DNA of 63,020 nt, the filler included, from Platydemus manokwari (lineage: Eukaryota), in the NCBI GenBank assembly GCA_037951405.1. It is 5 parts of 5 records of this genome, joined end to end, with 100 filler letters (N's around TTAATTAATTAA, not from the genome) between each part and the next. Parts side by side here need not be neighbours in the genome. Positions count along the whole stretch, not along the records: positions 13,249 to 29,270 come from JBBMOY011222543.1; 4 more parts are not named here. The stretch is one strand, 5' to 3'. The position numbers and the translations under genes were made by a program. How positions within the stretch are numbered: position 1 is the stretch's first letter; every line of letters starts with the position of its first letter. Below the pieces are notes generated by a model. The model was not told the origin of the DNA. It saw only the letters and a list, made by a program, of their open reading frames with translations, and did not search any database. Shown one piece after another: positions 13,740-28,400 of the stretch.

Positions 13740-16700
13740 CTACGTGTTGATACAAATTTTAAGTAGCAGAGCAGAACCTGTCATGATTGTTACGGTGTAT
13801 AATTACAATACTATTGATTTAATAACTACCTTATAAACGTTAAAACTAGTGTACAATGTGTTAAGCATTTGAAATTTTTATAGCTTCTCTTGAAATGGCA
13901 AACGACACTGATTAGGCATTATTTTCATATTAAATGGCAGACTTCACACCTTGAGCGTGGCACCTGCAAAAAATACTTTTAAAATTATTTTTAAAATCAT
14001 TGTTTAATTTCTGCATTAAGCTGTCTTATTTTATCCTTGTTGTTATACCATATCGTGTTTTTAATCAGTAATTTATTATAACATTATGAGTAAGGAAAAA
14101 CAGGCTATATAAGCGCAGTCAACCGACAGTAAGACGCACCAAAATTTTCAAATAAAATTTACTCATTGTGACTACAATGATTTATATAAATATTTATAAA
14201 GATTAAGACAATTTATTCATTCACACAAAAACTATTACGACCAAAATTTGTTCAGGGAGTGAAAGCATTTCTATCTGAATTCATGCAGAAAATATTTAAA
14301 TAGCTCACTAAGGAAGTGTTTACTCATTTCTTCACACACTAAAATAAATTCAAACATCTTTGAAGTCAAAATTTTATAAAATACTGTTAGTAATAAAGCT
14401 TTCATAATAAAGCCCAAAGCTCATTAAAGCAAGCAATCTTAATGAAAATATTATAAAACTTAAAACTCAATTAAATAAACAATAAAGCTAGCATAATGTA
14501 AATATTGTGAAGCTCAAACCTCATTAACATTTAAATCATTAATTTCATACAAAGAGATGGTACATTCTTTTAGGAAACCATAGACCGAGCAAAGATGAAG
14601 ATTAAAAAATATCTATTACCATCAGTTGATATGGTGCACTGGGGAAATTGATGAAACGGAAATGGCAACGCAAGACAGGAACACAAATACAATCAAACTC
14701 CAAACACCAGAGAAACAGGGTCTAAAGAATATGGAATTTAAGAAACCAATGTAGACTCATATCACCGGAAGACAGTGGCCCAGCCTGAAAAAGGACTGGG
14801 ATAAAAAGAAAAGAACTGGGGAAAGAGTTTGACCGTGGAATTGGATGCTTGTGGTAAAAAAAACTCGAACCCCAGAAAATCCAATCTACGAATTCTATTT
14901 ATTCAAATACCAATGATGATTCCAGATCCCAAAAACATTTCTGAATATTTTATCATGACTTTATATTTGATTATTATCTGAAGTGGCTATTTGACTTCCA
15001 CTTTTGTTGACTATTAAAATATTTATAAAAAATGTACAAATCATATATTATTATCTCTACTAAATTATATGTGAATTTAAACAAAATAAACATTTTAAGT
15101 AAGTTTAGATAACTCAATTAAATAAAATAAGGACGAATAAAATAAATATTAAATAATAATTTAAAAAACACAATTCACAGTCAATTTAATAGACAAAAAA
15201 ATTTCATTTTTCATTAATATGTACATAATAATCCGAAAATGATAAAAATTATTTAAACTACATGGCAAAATTCGTAACGAATGTTTGCCATCTTTTTAAG
15301 CTACACATTTGTCTAGTTTTTCGCAAATTATGGGTGCTATTAATTATGTTGGAAATCAAAACAAAAAGTATCATTAAAACGTGAACATGTTGCAATGGCA
15401 TTTGAAAGGTTGCCAATTCTAATCTCAACGGGTCTGATAAATAAAATAACATCCAAGTCTCACTGAGGCAAACAGAGAGAACCACTATGCATGTTATTGG
15501 GAATACTGCGGTTAAAAGTCCATAAAAATAAATATTAAAATGCCAGTATACAAAAAGTGTTAGATAAAATGAAAACAAACAAAAATTTTCATAAATCTTA
15601 TTGCAACAAATGAAAACTTAATTTCAGTTTCGATCGTAATTTGCACGGTCATTTTAAAGATAATAATTATGGAAACAATTTATCCACATCTTTCAAAATA
15701 AAAACTCGATTATACGCTGCTTTCCTTTGGACTAAAGTCGGTACTATTATCCCCAAGCTAGTATTTTTTCTTACAGACATTCTTAAGTACATAACACTAC
15801 CATTATCACATTGAGTTTTAATTTTGTGATTTTATTATTGAACTAATGTTATATCTAGCCATTGATTGTTTTGTAAGTTATTAATTTTTCTTTTCTTTAC
15901 TTTAGTGATTTATACACGCAACCTAAAATTTGGAAGTAATCAGATTAATGGCGAGTCGTCATCATAATTTACATATTACACTTTATCAAATTTTGACCAA
16001 TAACACAAATCATCAAATTCGATGAGCTAGTTGTGATAAAAAATCATTTAGAATATAACAAAAGGGTTTTAAAGCTAAATTTCAACTAAATTCAGAGAAT
16101 TTTAAAACCAAAACATAAATAATTACAATATATCTAGAGATAAAGAATTACAAACCTAAGTAGATAAAATAGAGAGTTGTATCCTCAAACCAACACTGCC
16201 TTTAGTTTACACATGAGCGACAACTTCGAATTAACAGTATAAAAATTTGTCTTAAGGTATATGACGAAATTAAACAAAGTGAACAAGAACAGATAATTAT
16301 TGGAAACAAAGATAAGGGCAATTCTCGCGATAATTCAATATTGCATTGGTAGCCATTGAATTAACTCAAACAAAAAAAGAAAATTGGCAATTACCCGACA
16401 GAGATCCAATGAGAGCCGGTAAATCATCAATAAACAATTAAAAGTCTTCTCAAAAACAAATATAATTAATTATACCAGTGAAAAAATGGCTCCATTACTA
16501 GTAACACAATTAGGATAAAATTACCAGATATCGCAGCCAAGTGCAATTATTTCTACAAAGACAATATTTATTTTTAGTTTATTTGTTCTGATAATATTTG
16601 TATTATATTAGTATTTAATACCCGCAACCCATTGGTCTGCTAAGAATCAGTTAATTGATGAAATTTAATCATCCGTAACTTTAGCAACAAATTCACTCGT

Positions 16701-18820
16701 TCTTATTATCAGTGAGTTTTAATATTAATACGTACACCATACTTTAATTAAATAAGTTAAATAATTTTTACCTTATATTACATAATTTATTTATGCTTCA
16801 TTGAATTTCTAAATATTCTAAATATTTGGAGGTAACTAATCCTTCCAATAAATTATTCATTTTGTCAATAAATCTTCTTAGATAATGCTTGAATTATAAG
16901 CACAAAGCGGAGTATGAATAAACAATAAAATTAGGAAGTAATAATAAATTAAAATAATAAATAAGTAAATTAATTAAAAATAATAAGCAAACAAATTAAA
17001 AATGTGAAAAAAAGAGCAAATAATAACAACTGAGAAAATGAAATAGTCATAATAAATAAAATTATATGTTTAATACCAATGAAAATTAATTACGGCGATA
17101 AAATCATTACAAAAATAAAAAACAGAAATAATGTCCCAAAACAATAACGCTAAAAATAAAATCTATAAATGGCAACCCCAGCAGACATTAATAATAATAA
17201 TTCGACAAGAAAGCTAAGGCACATAAATTCTACAAACCCTTTAATTTGACTAATCGATATTTGCATTCATACGTAAATATTATAATATAATTCAACTTGG
17301 ACAGTGATTAAATTCTCTAATGTTCAACAGCGAATTACCTACGACAAATAACAAATTATCTACGACTCAATCAGAAAGTAGTAATTAAATTTTTTCATTC
17401 TCTTCTTGGCAAATATGTGTACACTACATAATCCATTTCTTATTTTTCAAACTAATTTTCAAACTAGTCACTATATAGTACGATATTTCTCTTAATCTTC
17501 TGTATCTGTAATTCATATTATTATTATTTGTCATCATAGCAATTCTGCTCATCAAATCAACAAATAAAATTAACTACAATATTTTTTAATAAATATTAAT
17601 TGTACAGCCTTTATATTATGTCATTATACGTGCCAAAACCTTTTATAATCATATATTATTTGTCAAAGCGAGAGGTCATCATGACTTTAACTCAAAAAAG
17701 TGCTGCTATTTCAGAAAAGTTGCTTATGACACAAATTTTGCCTTATATTAACAGAAGGATTTTAATCAAATAAAGTGATTCCACAAATTTGTTGGTTGGG
17801 TATTAAAATATATTCCATTTGATTATCTTTTCAGTATATGGTTTACATTAATGGCGCTGTAGATATGAATCACAAATAGCATGAATCACTTATTGTTTTC
17901 GATATTTTGCGGGGAATTAAGCCAGGATGCCCTTTCCTGTATTGAATGTTTTACATTGATCCATTGCAAGTATCCTAAATCCAAAAATATTAGGGGTTGC
18001 TTTTTCAACTTTAGTCTGTTGATGACATTGATGTCATTTGAAGTTCGGGGAAGAACATTTAACAAAGAGTACACCAAATCGTTCAACAAGCAAAAACAAT
18101 ACATCTAAAATTTAAGGTAAAAAAAATATCCCTATAAAGTTGACAATATCACTCATATGATAGACTTAGCTTCCTTTAGTTGATGAGGATAATGTTTACC
18201 AGTGGTTCAGAATGCCAGTTGGTAAACACAAACATATATACATGATCAACGAGAAAGCAAGTATACATGGATATATCACAATAAGAATTCTCAATCAATA
18301 AAAATCTCTCAGTGTAAACCATAAACACAAGAAAAATCAATTGGATAAATAATTGAAATTCTTTTTAATACTAATAAAACCAAGTTAACTGAATTTATAA
18401 ATATGCATAAACCAATACAATGATAAATCTCATCGCACTGATGGTTGAATGCAATCATGATATTCATCTAAACGGATTTAGCACATAAAGGAAGTTGCGA
18501 TATTTTACATTAATTTTGCGGAAATATAACTTGATTTAAAAAGTTTATTTCTAACACATAAATCAATCTTCGTCGAAAACGAGATTTCTACCTTCGACAT
18601 ACAGCACAGTGGATAATTATGAGATTATTAAATTGTTGTCACTTAGCACTGCGATCAAAAGTATCTAAACAATATTTTCTTTACATAATGTTTGAAAACC
18701 CTATTCACCAAAAATAATTTTTCAGTCAATTTTTCAACAAATGAACCTCTTTCATCAAATTCAGATAATATTTGCTTCCAATAACCAGATTGTAATAAAG
18801 AGCTATTTGTACAAGAACCT
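13740..18820 (-). pseudogene. Class C GPCR (GABA-B-like 7TM) pseudogene, intron-containing
   Basis: Segments in the expected order: TM1 (ILAFSLIMYICLCLPTGIL, ~18200-18290); TM1-ICL1 VLFLLVERFGVLFVKCSSPNF/NDINVI (~18100-18020; cf. IKMSSPxxN); TM3 FC*YKAK..AALF*VK (~17750-17680); TM4-ECL2 LSDPLRLELATF..RQMCSLKRWQTF (ORF 15258-15578; cf. DPL..ETF..EHCSS..W); ICL3-TM6 NNA*SVSFAI and TM7 YTVTIMTGSALLLKI (~13960-13750). Numerous stops and frameshifts. Confidence 0.62.
14105..14150 (+). mobile_element. Short pogo-type subterminal motif remnant
   Basis: TATAAGCGCA..TAAGACGCACC resembles the repeated TAAGACGCAC motif of CCGTA-terminated pogo ends. Confidence 0.3.
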
Positions 18821-20926
18821 GTATTAACAATACATAAAATTTTTCTATTTCAAAATCTCGGAACCCAATGAAATAAATTTAATGCATATATCGTCTAATT
18901 AAATATTTTATATTGGACATCGACTAATAAAAAATATATGCTTATCGGTGAACATCAAACTTTAACTCTAATCTGACCAAATTTCGTGAATCTTCAACAT
19001 TCGATTTATAGACAGGTTACAATATATATATTTATATGCTATGATTCATTACATTATTTGTCATAAACATCATTAAGATATTTATAATAAAGTTATATCA
19101 TTCGTGATATCGATAGAAAAAACATTCGAGTATAACTATTCTACCTCTATACTTTAGACATCAAAACTTTGAATCATCATCATAATAAAAATAAAAATGA
19201 CTTCCTAGAGTTGAAAATAATAACTACAAATGCGATTTACGAATGTAAAATCAATGCCAATCTAATAATTGTTAAAAAATGTTAATTCAAACTAGTATAT
19301 ATTTATATAGGTGATTAAAGTGTTTAGAGACTAAGCCATATATAGTAAATTTTGTTTAATAAGACTGCGTATGATCTACAGAACTAATTTTGATGCATTA
19401 TTAAGATAATTTCATGGACAAAATCTAGATCACTTTTTGATTTTGTATCCAAAATTTTTTAAAAAATAACGCGTATGGCTTATCGATTAATCCAGATATA
19501 TCTTTGTAATCACTTTCCAAAGCAATATAAGTTATTTAATGTAATGATCTTTGGTTCAATAAAGAATTATTGATTTTCCATGCAATAAACATGAAATGCA
19601 TAAAACAACTAAATATGGGACAATATAAATACACTTAGATTAAAAGATAATTAATTGTAAAGATTCGCTGCGTGTTATATGAAATTATAATCTAGGCAAT
19701 AGTTTTACCAGCGTCGATTACTAGAGATTAATGTAATTAATTTTTAATTTTAATATAGAAGACGTATAGAAGTTATATTTCTTTATTAATAGACATATTG
19801 AAAGAATTATTTTTATGATATCTTATAATTTTCTAGTCTTGTAAATTAAAAGAACTTTGAATAGCTTAGAATTATTTATTCACCTTAGAATTTTATTAAA
19901 TGAGAAATAAGATTTGGGTATCAAATGATTAATAATGATTTCGAAATACCAAATTACATAAATAGATACAACAAAAGCCTTTCTAATATGTTATAATATA
20001 CAACAACGAAAAGAATTCATAAAAATCAATATCAAGACTCCTACTACATTATTTCTTACGATTTTGATACATTTGGGATGAAAAATGATAAAATCAAAAA
20101 ATTCTATGTAAGTAATAAACATCATTTAAATTTTCATTTTCAATGCCTTGCTATTAAAACTGAAAAATGATTGAGAATGTAGAATAAAAAATCAATAGTA
20201 AATATCCAACTATTCATCAAAGAAATAACAATCATCAATGACAACGGTATAAAAACATACTGTTAATAATAACTGTAAGGATTATGAGGGTTTACTGATT
20301 GAACCTTTGTCAATTCCAACAAACATTATAGCTATAATTAGATAGTCCTTTCAAATTATCAGGAACGGTTAGTTCCACGAGCCAACATTTAATAATTTGT
20401 TTAATAATTTTAATCCACAGCATTTTCACTATCACTTACCAATTATTAGTGAGTACCTGTTGTAATTGCGCTTTAATTTCAAATCAGCCTATTACTCAAT
20501 AATATTGCGTTATTAAATATAAATGCATAAAATCATGTGAATTATGTAAAAGTGATGTTTGTGAAGCAATTATATAAAAACAGTGATGTTTTACAAATAA
20601 TAGGCATTAATAGCGTAATAACTGACAATTGAGTGAGTTCAATAACGATTTTTATACTTAATACTTATTTTTATAAAGTTTGTTTAGTTTATATTTTGGT
20701 GATTTTTTAAAATAATTTTAATTTGAATATTGTTTTTTATTACGCTCATATATTTTATATCAAATTTTTCTATATTGTTGCTATACATGTCAAATATATA
20801 TTATATTATTGAACAACCAATGATTAGCATATCAGGTGATCGTAGTCAAGGACAATATTAAGTCTTATGAAATTTAGGAATAATTCGAATTTAAAATTGT
20901 TACATTGTTTTCTTTGTAAATACGAT

Positions 20927-21220
20927 TACCGTATTTTCCGGACCAAGAAGCATTTTAAAACAAATTTTAGTTAAATTTTAAGGATGCGCCTTATGTATTA
21001 AATTATTTTACATAAAATTTATAAATCTTTGGTTATTAAGTAATGGAAATATCTGTAAACATAGAAAAAATGAATTTAATTAAAGAAAACACGTTATATT
21101 ATATCTATATAATACATTCTTGCTTAAATGTTTTAAATTTATATACATTTTTAGTCTATGAAACGAATTTCATATGAAGCAGCATTTAAATTGAGAGCAC
21201 TTGAAGTACCTAAGAAAATA
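20927..21220 (+). mobile_element. 5' end of a pogo-like element with a BrkDBD-like transposase N-terminus remnant
   Basis: TA-CCGTATTTTCCGGAC terminus and GCGCCTTAT subterminal motif. 21160-21220 encodes KRISYEAAFKLRALEV. Confidence 0.65.
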
Positions 21221-21459
21221 GACACTGAATTATAAATCTGTATTCTTAAATTAATCAAAAAAAGTTAATGATTATAACCGAATCAGGTTTGAAAATAACG
21301 AGTGATCAAATTGGTAGGTGATAAAGTCAGTTATTAGAAAGGATAAAATTTGATGCTGATAAATGAGATTTTAAAAATTAAGTTTTGTTCCGACTCTTAA
21401 TAAATAATTGAATAATTAGTCTAAAGAGTTTCATAAATAAAATGACGAAAATTGATTTA

Positions 21460-21497
21460 AAGTAGACATTTCTTTCTCGTGAAATTCATCAGCACTT
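21460..21497 (-). ncRNA. Candidate minimal type-I hammerhead ribozyme (Penelope-like pseudo-LTR relic)
   Basis: Minus strand AAGTG-CTGATGA-A-TTTC(ACGA)GAAA-GAAA-T-GTC-TACTT: both core boxes, a 4-bp stem II and a 5-bp stem I. Confidence 0.4.
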
Positions 21498-24400
21498 GAA
21501 AAACCTTACTTGATCAGCAGTGACAAATTCCTTAGGAATCTAGTTCTTAAAGACCGATTTATACAAATCGACTTCTTACAAGGTTAGGAACGAGACCAAT
21601 TCTAACAGAATAAAAATCCTTACCAAACAGATATTTATGTAAAACATATAAATTTATTATTTTTCTTGATTTTCCAATAACTTTTTTAATGTATATTAAT
21701 TTTTAAAATGAATCAAACCAAAGAAATAAGTAATCATTGAATAAGCGTATAAATGTTTTTGTCAAAGAGTGAAAATTACGAAAAAAATCAAATTAACATA
21801 AAACTGGTAAGATATCCAATATGCACAATCCAATTTGTACAATCGAACAAATCTATTTTTATAAAGGATTCGGAGTAATCTAGAACCCAATATTATTATA
21901 GCTCAATAAATTTTATAAATTAAAATATTCGAATAAGATTGAAATGAATTTATAAAGGTAAACGATTTATGAATTGGATATATCGATGAAAAATACAATA
22001 CGAAATCTCATCGAAAAATTCTTGTAAAAGTTGCATTATAGCGCCTAGAGATTGTTAATATATGAAGACTTTAAAATATGAATTTAAAATATTTAAGACT
22101 TAATTTTAAGATTATACTATAAACATGCATAAAATTCAGAAATCTTGATGATGAAGAAATCATAACGATATTAGCGTATTGATTTTGAAATGTTTTTGAC
22201 GATAATTAATTATTATTTTATTAATTATTATTATTAACTTATTGCATTAATGTAATATCCAAATATTTTTGACAACCTTTTCAAGTTCCACGACAGTCTA
22301 TAATAATATAAAGACTATAAGATGTTGGTTTGGAAATTGTAGAAATCTCAAAGACTTGGAAACGAGAATAGTATATGTATTGTATAATAAATGTGAGATC
22401 AGTTTATGTAAGACTCGCACAAAATTTTTTGCAGAAATCTTCAATATAAGCTAATTAGTTAGTTTAGTAGAGTACTTAATTCACACTTCTAAAACCAGAA
22501 ATTCTTTAACGCAGGTGTCAAATTTCAAAGGTCAAATTCTTTATTCTATATTAACGTTATTTCTATATTCACCCAGAGTCAATTTACTTTTGATTTCATT
22601 AACAACGTACGGTACACATGAACTCAGCTTAAACACTTTTGTTCGAGAAAAATATAATATCTTATCTGCTTTTGAAAAGCTCATTTCTTTCCGAAGATCA
22701 TTCGTTCATGCATATTTCTGGCGAAGATAGTGAAGATCATCTTTTGGGATCATTTTATGTTATGTAAAATAAATTCTCACCTATTTCCATTTTGGTGTGA
22801 CTTGAATAACTGAAATATCCTTGAAATTCAAGAAAAATTATATTTGTTATGCTTTCCTAGTTGTGAAGTTATTAGTGAATATATATCCCATTGAGTTTAA
22901 GCAGTTGGATTGGGGATTTAATAAGCATTGGGCACATCTGGATTATTCGTTGATGATTTTGTTGCCATAAAGTTCTAACCTTATTTTTTTCAGATTCTAC
23001 CTGTTTGAGTACTGTAAAATGTCTAAATATTACATAAATATTGCAATCATATTCCTTGTATTTTCATTAAAAATGAAAAGAGAATTAAAACCTACAAAAA
23101 TATTTATCTCGTCATTTTTCATCTTTTTTAACCACTTTGATATTCACATGATTTCGGAGACATTTTGGACAAGAATTAATTAATATATAATACTTAAAGT
23201 TACTCATTTACTTTACCCATTTATACAAATCTCTACTATCATCAATTAATTTTATATATACATGTTGTTTTTAAATTATTCGTTAAAACAACAAATACTT
23301 TGTTCAATGATTAACAAGTAACGAATTTATAACAGTGGATTTTTAATTACATTGTTCAAAAGAAGGTATGTTATCAAATATCGATGCATGATATTTATTT
23401 TAAAAATTGATAATGGTTTTTTAATAAGTTTAATCATGATTGTAGAATTAAAGATTCGAGATTACCGAAATGGTATTATATTAATGTAATATAATTAATC
23501 ATTTGTCAAATTAAGTACTTTTGCAAAAAATTCTTCCAAGTTAATATTTTTTGTACATAGTCCCATTTAAAGGTTTATATAAAATCATAAAATTCAGTTG
23601 AACTCTACAAATTACAATATCATTTCTCAGGGTTTTATAAATATTTTTTGAAATCAATTAAAATTTCATATAGAAAACAAATAATAAATATTTTACACCT
23701 CCAGGTTTTTTGATTTTCCTGATTCATAGATCTTTTGGGTAATACTGCTTAGTTGCTATTTATAACCAAATAAGTAATTTCATTGAGTGCTTGTATACTT
23801 TAAATTAATAGAATTTATGAGCAAATTAAACTATTTATTTAATTTACAGCAAAATAACAAAATTTATTAAATTACACCACAATTATAAAATCTTATCAGT
23901 TATTTACGTTTTCAAAACCGTTACTAACAATCAAAAATTTTGAGAAATTGCGAAAAGTCGAAATAAATTTTGCCAAACCATGATTTCATTATCAAAGAAG
24001 TAAAATCATTTTGTGTAATAACTTTAACTTCCAACACTTCTTTTATCCATTTATTTGCTCTTTTATCTTCCTTACATTCGTTTTTCACTTTACATAATAT
24101 TTTTATAGAAATCCGCGACCGGCGTGAACATGAAATAAAATGTATTTGTATATATCTGTTGCGTAATAATTCCGTGAATTATTTAGTTATGTAATTATTT
24201 TATTTTTTATTATTGACTCTGTAAAAAACTGAATTATTTGAGAAATTCATTGCTCGCCGAAGATCATTCAATCACGTATATATATAGTTGAAAAGCATTA
24301 GTTGACAAAACCAAGCCATTAACTTATTTCATTTGAGAAGTTCATGCCCACTAGTTGCTGAAAGAATTCGTCTGTGAAAATCTATATTGATTTCATATCT

Positions 24401-25552
24401 TTCATATTATTGGAAAACCATTAACCGGCTGGTGCTCTACTATGGTAATGATGAGAACGAAGAAGATAAAGCGCCTAGTGCCATCAGCTCATATGGTGAA
24501 TCGAACACCAAAATAACCGGGTAGAAACACCTGCAATGGGAAAATATATATCCAAATCACTGCGCTAATCATCCACAACTCCAACATTCCAAAATGAGTT
24601 TCAAATGTAGATTGCACCAATTAAGCCAAACCCCAAAATGGGAAACGTGAGGTATGAGAAACTGAAATGCGAATCTGGATGTCTAGATATCAATTATAAT
24701 TCTACGGTACTACTCCGAAAGTCTATTCGACAATCCAAAATATTCAATCATTCGATAATCCAGAGAAAACTTAAACAGTAATGACAATCTTCTTGTTAAT
24801 AAGATCACTTCGTTAATGTCATTGTAAGTTATTGATAAAATTCAGTAATATTATCATCACTTTTTTCTTTGCGTAAAGTTAATTGTTGAAATAATTGTTC
24901 ATAAACAACTTCACAGTTGTTATATTAAATATCGTCATTTACCGAGTGCAGTATAAGTTTATAATTCTAAAATCATACTAAATAGAACATCTTTAAACTC
25001 CCATTAGAATATTCATCATACTATTGATTGAACTTTAGGCAGAATGGAAATAATAAATAGATATATTACACCTGAGACCCAAGAAGCTTACGATACCTAT
25101 ATGAAACGTAATCGACTAAGCCAAATATAAATATAAACCATATAAAGACTGAAATAAAATCCATGTTGTTGAAATGACGTGGCATTGAGAAAAAAAGGCA
25201 TTGTATGAATAAGACCAATTATAAATAGTTGAATTTTTGTATTTATAAGATTAATTTCAATCTATATTATTACTCGAAGTCATAAAAAAGAGCTGATATC
25301 GAACTGTTGTTAATAACCATTTTTTGGAAATTAATACTTGACATTCAGTGCCTGGTGGTAAATATGATTGTTAGTTATTAAAGGCGTTAATCTATTAATA
25401 ATTTTATACTTTAAACAAATTCGCCGGTTGAATAAGTTATAATGCTGAACGTCCAACATCTATTATATTAAAGAAGTAATGTCAGTGAGAACTGCTCTAA
25501 CTTTCAACCATTTTATTTTTATATTAATAAATATGAATACTGTAAATATGAA

Positions 25553-25560
25553 ACACACAC

Positions 25561-25620
<60 letters not shown>

Positions 25621-25622
25621 AT
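25553..25622. repeat. Compound microsatellite (CA)n-(TA)n-(TG)n
   Basis: Directly visible. Confidence 0.97.
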
Positions 25623-27899
25623 CCGCGTCTTCAGTCGAATTAAAAACAATTCCATTCTTCAATCCAATGCTTCAATTCTCTGACTCTTCGAAATTGTTTG
25701 CTAACTCATAGACAGGCATTCAAATAATGAAGCTCAATTCAAAATGATAAGAGACTCATTAGAAATCCCATTAACATTATTTATTATCCCATGAATATTG
25801 TACTATTTTTTTTGGAAAACATCGTTTTTCGTCAGTTTTATTGGTAATTTAGTTGTTATTTTATTTACATTATTTTCTATCATAGTCATTGTGGATCAAA
25901 TATTGTGAATCTTGTGACGCACAACGAATTGAAAACGAAATTTTTTAGTAACGCTTTGAGTGTATAATATTATTATTTATTATATTTTATTTTTATATAA
26001 ATTTATCAAATAGTTTTAAAGACTTTAGAAAGAAAACTCAATTAAAATATATAAATCTTCCTTAAAATAAATATACTCATTATAAAAACCCTAACATTAA
26101 TAATTTCGTTTAAGAAACTTGATCATTAAATTTTTAATTATTTTTTCTAAAAATTTATTTTTTAACATGTTCAAGGACATTTACAGTTATTGCATACACA
26201 TTATAGACATATCTAAGATATGATAATAGCTAATCTAAGATTCCATAATTTCATTTGAAGGAAGAAGATTTCGTGTCTGTTTTCTTAATTGTAAGACCGA
26301 GTCACTAAGCTTTTATTACAATTTAAAATTATATTCTAAAATATATAATAAACCTATTTACCCAGCTGTATCTCAATCATACAAAAAGGTTCTGCTTTAA
26401 TTTTAAGAATAGGTTCTATAGATCATAACCTCGTCTTGAATCGAAAAGATTATAATCAACTCTTTCTTCAAATTGTGGAAATTATATATGCATTAGTGTT
26501 TTTGTACAATTTTATATTTCGTCGCTTAATATTTTATATTTGGTATTTAAATTCTATTTTTGATTTCAATGGTACAGTAGTTTTAACAGTTAATAACAGT
26601 TTTAATAATTTTATATCAAGTAGTAGTATTAATAATTTGTGGTTTATAATTTTTGTAAAAATCAATTTAAGTTTACCAAAGTTTTAAATCAATAACTCTG
26701 ATATTAAATATAATTAATATGGATATAGTTGCATACATTGAGACTAACTTTACATCAAAACATAGGTTTATTCACTGTTGTCACAACTATCGTCTTTATA
26801 CAAAAAGGTTGTGTGAGGCGAAGAATAAATGATGTACATTACACTTGTGGCCTAAATATATATAACAAGTATAATGAAATCAACATTGAAAATGTACCGT
26901 ATAATACTCGATATAAAGCATTTAATAACAAATATGGTGTACTACACTCTTAAGACAAAAACTATGATTGACATCACTTAACAACCGAGCACCAGCTACT
27001 TTTAAAACAAGAATGAATGGTGATTTCTTTTTTTCGGGATTCAACACCTGTAAAACTTCTTGGACTCATAATCAGTTTGTGATTCGATAAACAATTTAGT
27101 TTTTACTCAATAGCAAATATCAAGAATATAAAATCATAATCATTTAATGAATTTAAATGATGAAATGTGATTTGTGTCCTCTTGTTGAATATAATGGTAA
27201 AAACTTGTACATCATAATAGCTTGTGATTATAACTTGCCTACTCTATAGTAATGTTTCTTGCACTTTATTCTGAATTTTTCATTCAGTATTCTTACGGAA
27301 ACTTCTTAAACGTGTAACCTTTGTATGAAAAATTGAGAATGGTCAGTTAGATTTTAAGTTCAACTGCACTTGATTTCTTTTCTCAACTGATTTTTGATTC
27401 TCTGAGAACAAGAGATTGAAATTTCTTAAATAAACCAATTTGATTGTGCATTAAAACAAAGTATAGAGAATAAAAAAGATGATTAAAAGATGATCAAATA
27501 ATTATGACCTTTATTAGGACGAGATTTTAAAATTTCATGCAAATTAAAATTAGTTATTTAGCAGAACAACCATTAGAACAAATTCTATAAGTAGATTATC
27601 GATATTATTTCCACCACTCTTCTACTTTGTATTAGCTACAATCATTCGACAATTTTTTGTATTCCTATTTGAATTTATTCATAATAATTCGTTATGAGCA
27701 ATTCATTAAGAGCTCTTATTCCAGGACAAACAAGTTTACATAACAAGATTACAAGCTGTTTACATTATTGTCTTGAATTATTAGTAGATGTTTTGGTTTA
27801 ATTTAACTTAATCTAATCACTGATTTATTTTTTGCCACTGACATCTTGATACAGTTTACTTAGGCAATTGCATAGGATAATTTAAAAAAAGTATTTATC

Positions 27900-28400
27900 A
27901 AAATACTTCATATAAATCTTTTAAACTTTGGTATATTTAACTTAAAATTTCAGGTTACGGATTAGAAATATCCATACATATTGTAACAGTGTTTTGTGTA
28001 ATATTAACGATATTTATAATTCCAAATAATTAGTTGAACTTAAATTATTCTAAACTCTAACAAACTAGTCAAGATTCCACAATTGTGCCTTTATTGCATT
28101 TAAGCATTATTAACTTTTTTATTATCTAGATCAAAATTTAAGACCAAAGTAGAGTCTTTGTACATAAAATTTTTGCGCTTGTCAAAGCATTTATACTTGA
28201 GTACAAGTAACTCAAAGAACCTGGTAATTCTCTGAAACAAACTCACATTGACTTGTTGTATTAAGTTGCCTTTAAATTCAAGAATCATAACATTCTCTTA
28301 CATCCTTTATTTATTGGTTTCAATATTATTCGAATTATTTATTATTTAAATTCAACATATGCATAACTTGTTGCCTGAGTTATTTTCAAATCAAATGGTT
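27900..28400 (-). pseudogene. Degenerate leucine-rich-repeat coding relic
   Basis: ILEFKGNLIQQVNVSLF, FRELPGSLSYLYSSINALTS, LTSLLEFRI and SLKDLY fragments in shifting frames fit LxxLxLxxN. Confidence 0.5.

Noticed and set aside
9500-18820. Stop-codon reassignment (TAA/TAG as sense) to explain the many in-frame stops
   Set aside because: All three stop types and frameshifts occur, and the two intact genes end in TAG and TAA with no internal stops. Pseudogenisation is the simpler explanation.
12060-24780. Purine-rich transposon-like scraps at ~12060-12340, 14550-14860, 16150-16560 and 24420-24770
   Set aside because: Probably retroelement debris, but no motif is clear enough to assign a family.
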